From an uncultured archaeon (lineage in GTDB: Archaea > Nanobdellota > Nanobdellia > Pacearchaeales > GW2011-AR1), in contig CAIQQL010000042.1 in assembly GCA_903873955.1 (NCBI GenBank), forward strand, positions 1 through 44,099: a stretch of DNA of 44,099 bases, written 5' to 3'. The notes below the pieces were generated by a model. That model ran no database searches. It was not told the DNA's origin and saw only the letters and a program-made list of their open reading frames with translations. Below, one piece after another: positions 34,395 to 42,929 of this stretch. Position 1 is the first letter of the stretch. Each line of letters opens with the position of its first letter. The translations under genes were made by a program, and so were the position numbers.

Positions 34395-34423
34395 ATACAG
34401 ATTCTCGAGACTAGGACTCCTGA

Positions 34424-35281
34424 TCAGTTCATCTGGGAAATGATGGAGTGATTAATCTGTTTTGCCATGTTTAGATTCTTGGTAACACTGAGCTTAATTT
34501 CTATCTTGAGGTTTATGATCTCAGAAAATTCATTGATGTCTAGTTTTTCCAGGCTTTTTGTTTTCTTATAGCATCGATCCAGCAGAGACACAATCTCAGG
34601 AGGATATCTACTTTGCACAACTAAATCACCATACGTCCCAACAAGATACTCCTTTTCGAAAGAAGCCGAAGAAGGAATAATCGCCACTTTTACCCCGATC
34701 TTTTTATAAAATGACGCTGCGGCCTTGTCCAGGGAGGTATTTCCTGTGGAAAGAGCATAGGAGGTGACTCCTAGGCCCTGCATTTTACCCATGATCTTCT
34801 TCTCCATCTCAGGATAGAGAAGGACTTCCCAGATATGGGCAGATTGATAGCAGTTCACGGGATAATCTCCTTTTTTGTATCCCTGGAGCCAGGAGTCTAT
34901 CAAATTCTCCCAGAATTTCATCATTGACCCCAAAGAGTCAAACGTAAAGATAGAAATCTCCTGACCAATAGCATCAAACTTCTTCGGCTTTTCTTTTTCT
35001 TCGTAGATTGTGCAATACAGTTCATCAATTGTCTTTTTAGCTTCCTGCACCCATTGCTTGTTTATCGAAAAACTGTTTCCATCCTTAATCAATACTTTTT
35101 CCTCGACTAGTTCTAAAACCGCTTTTCTAACGGCCTGAAACGTGATGGCCCTGCCATAACGTTTGCGGATAAAATTCGTGAGTTCAATAAGCTTTAAAGG
35201 ATATTCTTTAGTCAATAAGGTAAAGACCAGATTTTTCACGCTGTCTTTCTTACCAAGGGGCAAGGTAATTTGTAAACTCAT
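34424..35281 (-). CDS. winged-helix DNA-binding protein with an uncharacterised C-terminal domain
   Basis: N-terminal LIELTNFIRKRYGRAITFQAVRKAVLELVEEKVLIKDGNSFSIN has the HTH-wing pattern. The remaining ~200 aa are unassigned. Confidence 0.45.
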   Translation of the reverse strand: MSLQITLPLGKKDSVKNLVFTLLTKEYPLKLIELTNFIRKRYGRAITFQAVRKAVLELVEEKVLIKDGNSFSINKQWVQEAKKTIDELYCTIYEEKEKPKKFDAIGQEISIFTFDSLGSMMKFWENLIDSWLQGYKKGDYPVNCYQSAHIWEVLLYPEMEKKIMGKMQGLGVTSYALSTGNTSLDKAAASFYKKIGVKVAIIPSSASFEKEYLVGTYGDLVVQSRYPPEIVSLLDRCYKKTKSLEKLDINEFSEIINLKIEIKLSVTKNLNMAKQINHSIISQMN

Positions 35282-35306
35282 TAAACTTAAAAGTTATATA
35301 AATAAT

Positions 35307-35324
35307 TTAAACCTTTTGGTTTAA
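35307..35324. promoter_or_regulatory. perfect inverted repeat TTAAACC-TTTT-GGTTTAA in a divergent promoter region (candidate operator)
   Basis: 7-bp arms with a 4-nt spacer, between the wHTH gene (ATG 35281, minus strand) and the SDR gene (ATG 35373, plus strand), adjacent to the TATA-like TTATATAAAT at 35294-35303. Confidence 0.4.
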
Positions 35325-35372
35325 TATCCATTTAACCAAGAAGATATAATCTCTTTTTGTTACTACTCTATT

Positions 35373-36179
35373 ATGATAATAGAAAACAACACAAATGGGC
35401 CAGGACTAGAAAAGAAGCTTATCCTCATAGCTGGGGCGACTGGAGGCATTGGAAATGCATTCTATCAATACTTCGTAAAACAGCCACACAACCAATGTCT
35501 AGGCATAGGGCGCAAAGAAGGATACGGGCCGGGCCATATCAAACTGGACCTTCTCAACGCTGAAAAGGTAAAAGAAACCGTTGAGCAGATGGATCTCCAA
35601 AACACCTCTGAGATCTTATGCATCCATACAATCGGCATTGATAAATTTGAGTTCAGTGGAAAACCAGACATCGACCAAGATGGCGATGGAATTGATGATG
35701 AAGTATACGCATCAAACGTGAGAACATTCACTAATCTGGCACACCCCCTCATAGACCGCTCGCTAAAGATGAAGATTGCGGTACATTTTGTAGGCGTTGC
35801 CTCCATTAGCGATATCTACAAAGTACCCTTCTGGCAATCCTACTCACGCTCCAAAGATGAATTGAGAAAGTTCATGCGCCAGACTCCCTCGAATGTTAGG
35901 GGAACTATGCTCAATGTAAGCAGCGTCAATACCAATCTAGAACAGTATCATAGACCCTTTGCCGAACGTACATACTGGCTATATCCAGATGATCTTGTCA
36001 CAAAGGCAATACCTCTTATAGAACGAACAGGCATAAAATATGTCGAAGCAGACATATTCAACCCTAGCCCGGATTATACTCCAGATTATTTCACCAATCA
36101 TCAAAAATTATTAGCTAAATGGTTGAAGGAGATGGGTTTTAAAAATAACCTTCAGCAACCTTCGCATTTGAGAATATAA
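35373..36179 (+). CDS. short-chain dehydrogenase/reductase (SDR) family protein
   Basis: Cofactor motif IAGATGGIGNAF (TGxxxGxG) and active-site YSRSK (YxxxK). Confidence 0.6.
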   Translation: MIIENNTNGPGLEKKLILIAGATGGIGNAFYQYFVKQPHNQCLGIGRKEGYGPGHIKLDLLNAEKVKETVEQMDLQNTSEILCIHTIGIDKFEFSGKPDIDQDGDGIDDEVYASNVRTFTNLAHPLIDRSLKMKIAVHFVGVASISDIYKVPFWQSYSRSKDELRKFMRQTPSNVRGTMLNVSSVNTNLEQYHRPFAERTYWLYPDDLVTKAIPLIERTGIKYVEADIFNPSPDYTPDYFTNHQKLLAKWLKEMGFKNNLQQPSHLRI

Positions 36180-36200
36180 TGAAAGGAGGTAGCAACTAAT

Positions 36201-36497
36201 GTGAAAAATCAAATAAAAATTCTCGGACCAATCACTTTCGCATGCCTTCTCTTGGAGGGGTGTGGTCTAGAGGACAAGGTCATGCAGGAGAGAACATTTA
36301 GTGGAGGGGGATTTTTGCAGGCTGTGGGGGAACTGAGTTATTATAGCTCTGCCCATAAAAAAACCTTCTATGTTCACGGTATAAGCACATGGAGAGATTA
36401 TCCCTGCCAAGGACCTATAAAACCACTTCCACGAGCCGAAGTAAAAGAATATACCTCTGGAAAGATAACTGTGGATCTGTATTTTCCTAAAAGATAA
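36201..36497 (+). CDS. small putative lipoprotein or secreted protein
   Basis: GTG start preceded by AAGGAGGT 11 nt upstream. The signal-like ILGPITFACLLLEGCG has a lipobox-like Cys. Confidence 0.4.
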   Translation: MKNQIKILGPITFACLLLEGCGLEDKVMQERTFSGGGFLQAVGELSYYSSAHKKTFYVHGISTWRDYPCQGPIKPLPRAEVKEYTSGKITVDLYFPKR

Positions 36498-36559
36498 CCT
36501 CCCCCTAACTTCCATAAAACCGGAGGAGAGATTATATACTTCCAGTCTCTTCTGTGGTG

Positions 36560-37384
36560 ATGGGTGCAAGAGCCGTAAAACTCCCCGATGGAACTGAAGA
36601 GAAGGAATATCTTTTTGGGTTAATCAGAAAAACCAGGCCAAAGTTTAAGTATTTCTGGCAAAAAAACGCAGAGATGAGCTATTTCTCGCCGAAGTTTTAT
36701 CCCCATGACTATGAGGGCAAGAATTACGACGAACGAAAGAAACATGCATATGGTGATGCCAAGAACACACGCCAGTTTTATCAAGACCTAATTGACAAAG
36801 GAGTATTTCCAAAGGGCGCAAAAGTCAAGGTGAAAAGAATCAGACACGAAGACGGATTTGGATTGGAATTTTTTATACCCCATTTACGACCTTTGCCAGG
36901 ACATACTTCCTTGAGATATGTCTTTACAGATACTCCCAACTCCCAGGATCGGCAGATAGCACATAAGCTTGAAGAAGGGATTACCCGATGCAAGAAAGAG
37001 ATTGAAGAAACCGCTAAACGGTATGACTATGCTGGAGGATTGAATGAAGATGTGGGGTATAGGAGAAATTATGGTCTTGATAAATCAGGAGAGGTGAGAA
37101 TCCATGATGTCCATATATTATCTGGAAGTTTACCGAGCAAGTTCAAATTAGAGAGCGGAAAAACAATCGGGCAGTTCTATGGCCTCCATAGAGAAAGAAA
37201 CCTTGAAAGAAGAGCCGTTCTCCCGATCCTGCTCATTTTAGTAGCTGCAGGTTTAAGTCTGTATGGACATGAAACGCAGGGTCTTATCATCAAAGATTTA
37301 CCCAACCCAACAAACCTTTTTTTCATCCCTCTAGCAATCCTGTTTATTGTTATGATCTGGGTAGGATATAGATTAAATAAATGA
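36560..37384 (+). CDS. hypothetical protein with a soluble ~215-aa domain and two C-terminal TM helices
   Basis: ATG 36560 (the tracked start is a GTG 6 nt upstream). C-terminal AVLPILLILVAAGLSLY and LFFIPLAILFIVMIWVGY. No recognisable motif. Confidence 0.45.
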   Translation: MGARAVKLPDGTEEKEYLFGLIRKTRPKFKYFWQKNAEMSYFSPKFYPHDYEGKNYDERKKHAYGDAKNTRQFYQDLIDKGVFPKGAKVKVKRIRHEDGFGLEFFIPHLRPLPGHTSLRYVFTDTPNSQDRQIAHKLEEGITRCKKEIEETAKRYDYAGGLNEDVGYRRNYGLDKSGEVRIHDVHILSGSLPSKFKLESGKTIGQFYGLHRERNLERRAVLPILLILVAAGLSLYGHETQGLIIKDLPNPTNLFFIPLAILFIVMIWVGYRLNK

Positions 37385-37496
37385 ATTTTTCTCTCGTCCT
37401 CAAATCCATAAATATAAGCAAGACCTGAAGGTTTCTTGCTATCAGAGGTCCAGTTAGTATAACAACGGTTAAATAATTGGCATGCAAACTTAAGGT

Positions 37497-38789
37497 ATGG
37501 TGAGGATTGTAGTGGTTGATTCCGGTGCGAGGGGCAATGCCCTATTGTACGCTTATGCCCATAGCTTAAAGGAGTCCCAACAACCCTTTGAAGGATTAGT
37601 TCTCGGTTCGCTATGCGCATCCCGTGAGGATTATGTTGACCTTGGCAATAAAGAGCAGGTATTAGACAGAATACTCAGGTATAACCCTGATCTGGTCGAT
37701 GTTGCACAGGATGAGGCACTTGCCTCGGGATTGGTCGATACACTGCGAGAAAGAGGCGTTAAGGTCTTTGGCCCAACAAAGAAAGCTTCAAGAATCGAGT
37801 GGGATAAACTTTGGGCCCGAGATTTCATGAACCGACATCAGATCCCCACTCCAAGATATGCTTCTTTTGGCCATGCGCAAGAAGCCCAAGCGCGAGAATA
37901 TGCTTTACGCTTAATCGCTGAAGGGAAAAAAATATTTTTTAAAGCCGCAGGATTATGTGCGGGAAAGGGCGTGGTCGGAGCCTCAACCAAATTGGAAGTT
38001 GAAGCAGCCATCAGAACAATGCAAGAGAGAGGGGCCGCATCGCAGGTCTATCTTATTGAAGAAGGCATCATCGGTGAAGAGTTTTCATACTTTGCCATTG
38101 CCGATGGGAAGAGCTTTCATTGCTTTAGGTCCGCACAAGACAATAAACGCATCTATGATGGAGACAACGGTCCAAACACTGGAGGTATGGGAGCACACTG
38201 TCCGGCATTGATCACTAAGGGAATAGATAAGAGGATCATCGATACCATCATCCGCCCAACTTTCCAAGGGCTTGCCCAAGAAGGAACGCCCTACACAGGG
38301 ATATTATATCTAGGAGGCATTGTAACTTCAAGCGAAGAAATAAACGTCATTGAGTTTAATTCTCGCTGGGGAGATCCGGAATGCCTGGTCGTTCTTCCAG
38401 GGATCAAAACCAATTATTTCGAACTCATAACCAAAACAATTGAGGGAAGGCTGTCAGAGATGCATCCTGAAGAAGATAGCCTGTTCAGGGTAGCGATAGT
38501 TGGTGCATCCCGAGGGTATCCAGATGCCTATGAGAAAGGGAAAAGAATCACTTTTGATTCAGGAAAATTTCCAAAGCAGTGCTGGATAGTTCCAGCCGCA
38601 GTAGTTGAAAGAGACGGCGCGCAGTATACCAACGGGGGCAGATTGTTCAGTGTAGTTGCTCAGGGAGAAAACTTGCGGGAAGCCCAAAAAATCGCTCTTC
38701 AAGGAATGTCCTGCTTTGCAGTAGAAGGGAACGGGTTGCATTTCAGAAAAGACATAGGATATCGAGATTTAAATCGGAATAAGAATTGA
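37497..38789 (+). CDS. purD: phosphoribosylamine-glycine ligase
   Basis: MVRIVVVDSGARGNAL, an ATP-grasp core (KAAGLCAGKGV, EEFSYF) and IEFNSRWGDPE. Confidence 0.9.
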   Translation: MVRIVVVDSGARGNALLYAYAHSLKESQQPFEGLVLGSLCASREDYVDLGNKEQVLDRILRYNPDLVDVAQDEALASGLVDTLRERGVKVFGPTKKASRIEWDKLWARDFMNRHQIPTPRYASFGHAQEAQAREYALRLIAEGKKIFFKAAGLCAGKGVVGASTKLEVEAAIRTMQERGAASQVYLIEEGIIGEEFSYFAIADGKSFHCFRSAQDNKRIYDGDNGPNTGGMGAHCPALITKGIDKRIIDTIIRPTFQGLAQEGTPYTGILYLGGIVTSSEEINVIEFNSRWGDPECLVVLPGIKTNYFELITKTIEGRLSEMHPEEDSLFRVAIVGASRGYPDAYEKGKRITFDSGKFPKQCWIVPAAVVERDGAQYTNGGRLFSVVAQGENLREAQKIALQGMSCFAVEGNGLHFRKDIGYRDLNRNKN

Positions 38790-38802
38790 GGTATATCAAA
38801 GA

Positions 38803-40110
38803 TTATCTAAAACGGCGACTGTTGCCTCGCTGAAATCTTCCCCGTGAACTCCCGCGATCACCACCACGATTACCGCCCCGGTTTCCACCCCAGTTACCGC
38901 GACTTGAACCACCAGATCTCTGGAATCTCCCTCTTCCTCCACCACCACGACGCATACGTGCACTCTTCCGATCGGCGTTTGAACTGAAGGTGATAGGTAT
39001 AACATTAAAGACTGGAAGCGCATCCTTTTCAATGTCTAGGGAAATTTCCCTGCAAATCTGCCTGAACTCAGTATGATCTCCAGAGGACACGAAGCTGATG
39101 GCAATACCATTTTTCCCTGCCCTTGCAGTCCTGCCAATACGGTGAATATAGTCAGTCCCTGTGCTAGGCAAATCAAAATTATAAACATGAGACACATCTT
39201 TTATATCAAGGCCTCTTGCAGCAACATCAGTACATACGAGAATAAGAGTCTGTCGTGCATGGAACGCTTCGAGAGTGTGGCTGCGTTTATTCTGTGAGAG
39301 CCCACCATGAATCGCCATGGAATGAACACCTTCATGCTTGAGGGCATCACATAAGCGATCAACATTTCTTCGAGTATTACAAAATACCATGACTACACCA
39401 TTTTTTTCCAATTTTAATAGATGTAATAATAAGGAAAACTTCTGTTCCGCTGAGACATCATAATATTTTTGATAAAGCAGCTTGGGATCAACCTTATTGT
39501 CTACTTCTATAAGAACAGGATTCACCATATGCCTATTAGCAATATGCTCAATCTCCTTGGAGATTGTTGCAGAAAAAAGAAGAGTCTGTCTCTCTTTTGG
39601 ACAAGATTGGATTATCTTCTCAACATCCCTAATAAAACCCATATCCAGCATCCTGTCGGCCTCATCCAGAACCAGGTATTTTATTCCCCGAAGGTTTAAT
39701 GTGTGGTGGTTAAGATGGTCTAAAATCCTTCCTGGAGTCCCAACAACAATATCAGCAAATCTCAGTTCACGTATCTGCGGCCCCATAGAAACGCCACCAA
39801 ATATCTCCTTTACTTTCAATCCCTGAGGTTGTGAAAACATCCTTAACGTAGTAGCCACCTGTTCAGCTAATTCTCGCGTGGGAGTAAGGACGAGCAGTTG
39901 CAGGCCGCTGCCCCGTTTCATCCTGTCAATGATACCTGCCCCGAAAGCAAGCGTCTTTCCGGAACCTGTTGCAGAGCTACCAATCACATCCTTGCCCTCT
40001 ACTACCAAAGGTATGGTTTTTGCCTGGATCTCGCTAGGTTCGCTAAATCCTTTAGCTTTTATGACCTGCAAGATGCTTTCATGCAATCCTAATTGTCTGA
40101 ATTTTTCCAT
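38803..40110 (-). CDS. DEAD-box ATP-dependent RNA helicase, paralogue of 6094..7368, with an RGG tail
   Basis: Same motif set (SATGSGKT, PTRELA, VLDEADRM, SAT, HRIGRTARAG). The tail reads RRGGGGRGRFQRSGGSSRGNWGGNRGGNRGGDRGSSRGRFQRG. Confidence 0.9.
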   Translation of the reverse strand: MEKFRQLGLHESILQVIKAKGFSEPSEIQAKTIPLVVEGKDVIGSSATGSGKTLAFGAGIIDRMKRGSGLQLLVLTPTRELAEQVATTLRMFSQPQGLKVKEIFGGVSMGPQIRELRFADIVVGTPGRILDHLNHHTLNLRGIKYLVLDEADRMLDMGFIRDVEKIIQSCPKERQTLLFSATISKEIEHIANRHMVNPVLIEVDNKVDPKLLYQKYYDVSAEQKFSLLLHLLKLEKNGVVMVFCNTRRNVDRLCDALKHEGVHSMAIHGGLSQNKRSHTLEAFHARQTLILVCTDVAARGLDIKDVSHVYNFDLPSTGTDYIHRIGRTARAGKNGIAISFVSSGDHTEFRQICREISLDIEKDALPVFNVIPITFSSNADRKSARMRRGGGGRGRFQRSGGSSRGNWGGNRGGNRGGDRGSSRGRFQRGNSRRFR

Positions 40111-40231
40111 GTTGTGAACAAAAATCTATCAGAAAATGAATCTCTGTAAATTCGTATAATTTTACCCCTCTTTAATAGTATATAAACCTATTTATTTTTT
40201 GACCATATATAGGTTTGTCTAAGAATCAAAG

Positions 40232-40271
40232 AAAAAAACTATGGAAGGAGGATCAGTTCATCACGTCCTCC
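40232..40271 (-). terminator. GC-rich hairpin plus T7 tract downstream of the HerA-like ATPase gene
   Basis: On the minus strand, GGAGGA-13 nt-TCCTCC begins 8 nt after the TAG. It is followed by TTCCATAGTTTTTTTC. Confidence 0.45.
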
Positions 40272-40279
40272 CATGACGA

Positions 40280-42469
40280 CTACTTCACCGGATAGAGCAG
40301 GATGTTTGCATGCACCAAGAGATCCTTTCGTGCAGGATTATAAGAAAGGCTTTTTGTCAGCGTATGGGACTTTTGGTAAAGCTTACTTTCAAGGGATTTT
40401 ATCTTCTCTTTGGTTTCTTGTCGGTTTTTAGCTATTTTCAGCTGCAAAAGTTTATTTTTTTGTCTGAGCTTCCTTATGAGGCGTTCCTTCTTCCGGATTT
40501 CCCGCGTCTTATCTGAAAGACGATGATTACCAAAAAGCCGCTTGACCAGGCGCCCTGCCTTTATTGCGCTTGTACGGTTACGAATTGAATTCAGTTTATG
40601 CTTATTTGCCTTCTGGACTGCAAGAATTTTCATCTCCTTTCTCCTCCCTTTTTCTATCAGAACCCGCGTTGCAGAAAGAAGCTCTTCTTTCATAAAATCA
40701 TAATTTGACTTGATCACCATACCCTTTTCTTCTCCAGTGATCTGCGTCACCTTGCTTGCATAAAGTCTTTTCTTTAGATGCGCCTGACTATCCTTGACTG
40801 CTTGGTAGATTGACTTTTTTATGCTTCTTTTCGGGGTAGGCAAATGAAAGGATTGTCTTCGAAGAGCCTTCCAGTTGCTCGACTGGATCTCATGAGCCTG
40901 GGGATCTGTCTTGTTGCTTAGGTCAAATATGTAGGGGCCAATAACCGGAAATCGGTTGCGGTTGAAAGGTTTAGGCTCAATCGTGACACATAACAGGGGA
41001 AGATACTCGCCTGCTGGCGATTCAACAACGAGGGTTTGTGTGGTATCTGCATACTGCGCTATCTGAGCCTTGAGCTTTTTTAGGATTGTAAGAGAATGAT
41101 TTTGTGCTGCCTTAGAGTATAACGTTTTTTTGGGCGCAGATATATTTGGCAGTTCAAGGGGATTTTCATTGATAGGCCTTGTTTCAGGATGGTTTATCCA
41201 ACCAATATCCTTATCCAGCAAAGGTCCAGCATGATAACTATAGAGCCAACGAGCATGAATCTTCAGACTTTTATTCTCTACCGCATTGTTGTAGAAAAAA
41301 TCTCCTGTCTTGAAAGTGATGAGTGCCTCCTTGAGGGTGGCAAGTGAAATACCTATGGCCGTTGCCACTTTGTCCATATCATTTTCCGTGCGAAGCTTGC
41401 CGATAAAACGCGTCCCGATATTACCCAAGACCTTGTAGTCAATATCTCCAGGGTTCTGGGTAGCGAGAATGATGCCCAGGCCAAATGCGCGTGCCTGGCG
41501 TATCAGTATCTCAAGAGACTTCTTGCAGGGAGGGTTTGCAGGAGGCGGAGGAAGAATTCCGGCCAGTTCATCGATATAAAGGATGTACTGCAGCTTGTCA
41601 GTGCCTCCCCTGTGTAGGAGAAATCGATAAAGTTCCTGAAGAATTTGCTCGATTGCATATTGCTTTTCTTCTGTCGACCCTGTAAACCTCAGGTCAAAGA
41701 TAGAAAGGTTACCTGGTTTTAAAAGGGCTTCAACATCAAGCTTGCTTCCCGCTTTCCATGCCTGCTTAGAAGGAGAAGAAAGAATCAAATTGATGGAAGA
41801 AGCTATCTTTTTCCTGTCCTGTTCTTTAAGAAAATCATCCATGCTCAATGTTCCCAGCTGAGTAAAAGGAGGATTAAGGATCTGTCCAATGAGTGACTCG
41901 AGAGTAAGATCCTGCCCTGCACTCCAGTTGTACAAAATCAAAGAGGAAATAAGAGACTTCGCTTTCTCATAGTTGGCAGTGAGCCCTGCAAGCTGACAGA
42001 GAGATTCTGATAAAGGATCGATCAAACTTGAAGGAAGCGAAGCATCTTTCTCAAGTTCTGTTTTAAAATCCTTTGGAGCCGCCAAATCAGGCACCAGGCT
42101 CACTTGCAGACCAACAGAGGATTTTGGAGTAAATATCTTGGTTTTAACCTTGCTCAACGCATCCAGCTTTGCAGGTTGGAAATCCTGGAAATTCGAGAGA
42201 TAAAGCGACTGGGTTTTTTCAGGATGAGCAACAAAAGGTGTAAAGTCAAAGGTTTTGTTCGTAACACCTAACCCGCCAATGTCTCCTTTTGGATCAATGG
42301 CGATAACAGGAATACCGCTGGCTAAAGCCTCTTCAATCACTACCTTGCACATCACGGTCTTTCCAGAACCCGTAGTCCCAAGAATTGCGGCATGCTGCGT
42401 CAGGCTATTTAGATCATACTGCACTTCCTTTCCTTGATCTACACTAAAACCGATACCTGCTTTTTTCAT
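40280..42469 (-). CDS. HerA/FtsK-superfamily (DUF87/DUF853-like) P-loop ATPase with a ~300-aa C-terminal extension ending in a Lys/Arg-rich coiled coil
   Basis: Walker A AILGTTGSGKT followed by IPVIAIDPKGD, Walker B YILYIDELAG, and the family-typical RAFGLGIILATQNPGDIDYKVLGNIGTRFIGKL. The C-terminus reads RKKERLIRKLRQKNKLLQLKIAKNRQETKEKIKSLESKL. Confidence 0.7.
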   Translation of the reverse strand: MKKAGIGFSVDQGKEVQYDLNSLTQHAAILGTTGSGKTVMCKVVIEEALASGIPVIAIDPKGDIGGLGVTNKTFDFTPFVAHPEKTQSLYLSNFQDFQPAKLDALSKVKTKIFTPKSSVGLQVSLVPDLAAPKDFKTELEKDASLPSSLIDPLSESLCQLAGLTANYEKAKSLISSLILYNWSAGQDLTLESLIGQILNPPFTQLGTLSMDDFLKEQDRKKIASSINLILSSPSKQAWKAGSKLDVEALLKPGNLSIFDLRFTGSTEEKQYAIEQILQELYRFLLHRGGTDKLQYILYIDELAGILPPPPANPPCKKSLEILIRQARAFGLGIILATQNPGDIDYKVLGNIGTRFIGKLRTENDMDKVATAIGISLATLKEALITFKTGDFFYNNAVENKSLKIHARWLYSYHAGPLLDKDIGWINHPETRPINENPLELPNISAPKKTLYSKAAQNHSLTILKKLKAQIAQYADTTQTLVVESPAGEYLPLLCVTIEPKPFNRNRFPVIGPYIFDLSNKTDPQAHEIQSSNWKALRRQSFHLPTPKRSIKKSIYQAVKDSQAHLKKRLYASKVTQITGEEKGMVIKSNYDFMKEELLSATRVLIEKGRRKEMKILAVQKANKHKLNSIRNRTSAIKAGRLVKRLFGNHRLSDKTREIRKKERLIRKLRQKNKLLQLKIAKNRQETKEKIKSLESKLYQKSHTLTKSLSYNPARKDLLVHANILLYPVK

Positions 42470-42582
42470 TAGTCAAAATCTCTTTCCATCATAAGAAACA
42501 AGGCAGTCTTATTAACTTTTTGCCCAGAAACATTGTGAAGGAGATAAGACAGAATCAAAGGAGACAGATTGGGAGAATACTC

Positions 42583-42744
42583 TTAAATTTGCCCAGTTTG
42601 GATAAATTTTCTCATGGCTTGTTCCAAAAGTACCTGCGGAGCAAAACCCTTCTTGCTACAAGCCTTCATAAAATCGTCATAGACGGCACCATCAACATTA
42701 TAGTCGAGTTTCTTTTTTCTTGCACCAGGTGCTGTTGCTGCCAT
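42583..42744 (-). CDS. ribbon-helix-helix (CopG/Arc-like) small DNA-binding protein, 53 aa, absent from the supplied ORF track
   Basis: My translation of the minus strand gives MAATAPGARKKKLDYNVDGAVYDDFMKACSKKGFAPQVLLEQAMRKFIQTGQI*. This has a basic N-tail, a beta-strand (KLDYNVD) and two helices, which is the canonical RHH layout. TATA and an inverted repeat lie upstream. Confidence 0.5.
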   Translation of the reverse strand: MAATAPGARKKKLDYNVDGAVYDDFMKACSKKGFAPQVLLEQAMRKFIQTGQI

Positions 42745-42765
42745 AAAAGACTGAGGCAAAGAGGT

Positions 42766-42773
42766 TTTATAAA
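42766..42773 (-). promoter_or_regulatory. candidate TATA box for the RHH / HerA-like unit
   Basis: TTTATAAA (palindromic) is centred about 26 nt upstream of the RHH ATG at 42744. Confidence 0.4.
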
Positions 42774-42774
42774 T

Positions 42775-42791
42775 GTAACTAGAAAAGTTAC
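42775..42791. promoter_or_regulatory. inverted repeat GTAACT-AGAAA-AGTTAC abutting the TATA box (candidate RHH operator)
   Basis: 6-bp perfect arms with a 5-nt spacer, immediately upstream (minus-strand sense) of the TATA box at 42766-42773. Confidence 0.35.
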
Positions 42792-42864
42792 TAATTCGAA
42801 ATCAGGCATTTCTACCGCTCGCCATAAAACAGAGGCTTACCTTTTACTGAGCAGAAATTAAATT

Positions 42865-42916
42865 AAGAGGCTGTGCCCGCCTCTTTTTAGAAAATTAAAA
42901 AAAGAAAAAAAATAAA
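42865..42916 (-). terminator. oligo-T tracts plus hairpin downstream of the pilin-like gene
   Basis: On the minus strand, TTTATTTTTTTTCTTTTTTT follows the TAA at 42930. Next comes the hairpin AAGAGGC-7 nt-GCCTCTT (42865-42885). The hairpin also has TTTTT on the plus side, so it could act in both directions. Confidence 0.4.
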
Positions 42917-42929
42917 GTTTATAACCTGA

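Noticed and set aside
38796-39032. 78-aa ORF on the minus strand overlapping the 3' end of the second helicase.
   Set aside because: It is an alternative frame of the GC-rich RGG-tail coding region (V/E/G-rich artefact). The helicase frame carries the conserved motifs.
40184-40216. Imperfect inverted repeat AAACCTAT-17 nt-ATAGGTTT between the ATPase terminator and the helicase promoter.
   Set aside because: It is AT-rich with short arms and a long loop, in a region full of TATA-like sequence. It could occur by chance, and no second copy exists in the window to suggest a mobile-element end.
42520-42861. 113-aa plus-strand ORF in the track (…FSCTRCCCCHKRLRQRGF…).
   Set aside because: It is antisense to a much more protein-like RHH ORF and has junk-like composition (a Cys run and an R/K/S bias). 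No promoter or SD precedes it. I treat it as a shadow ORF. The hairpin after its stop is better explained as part of the pilin-gene terminator.
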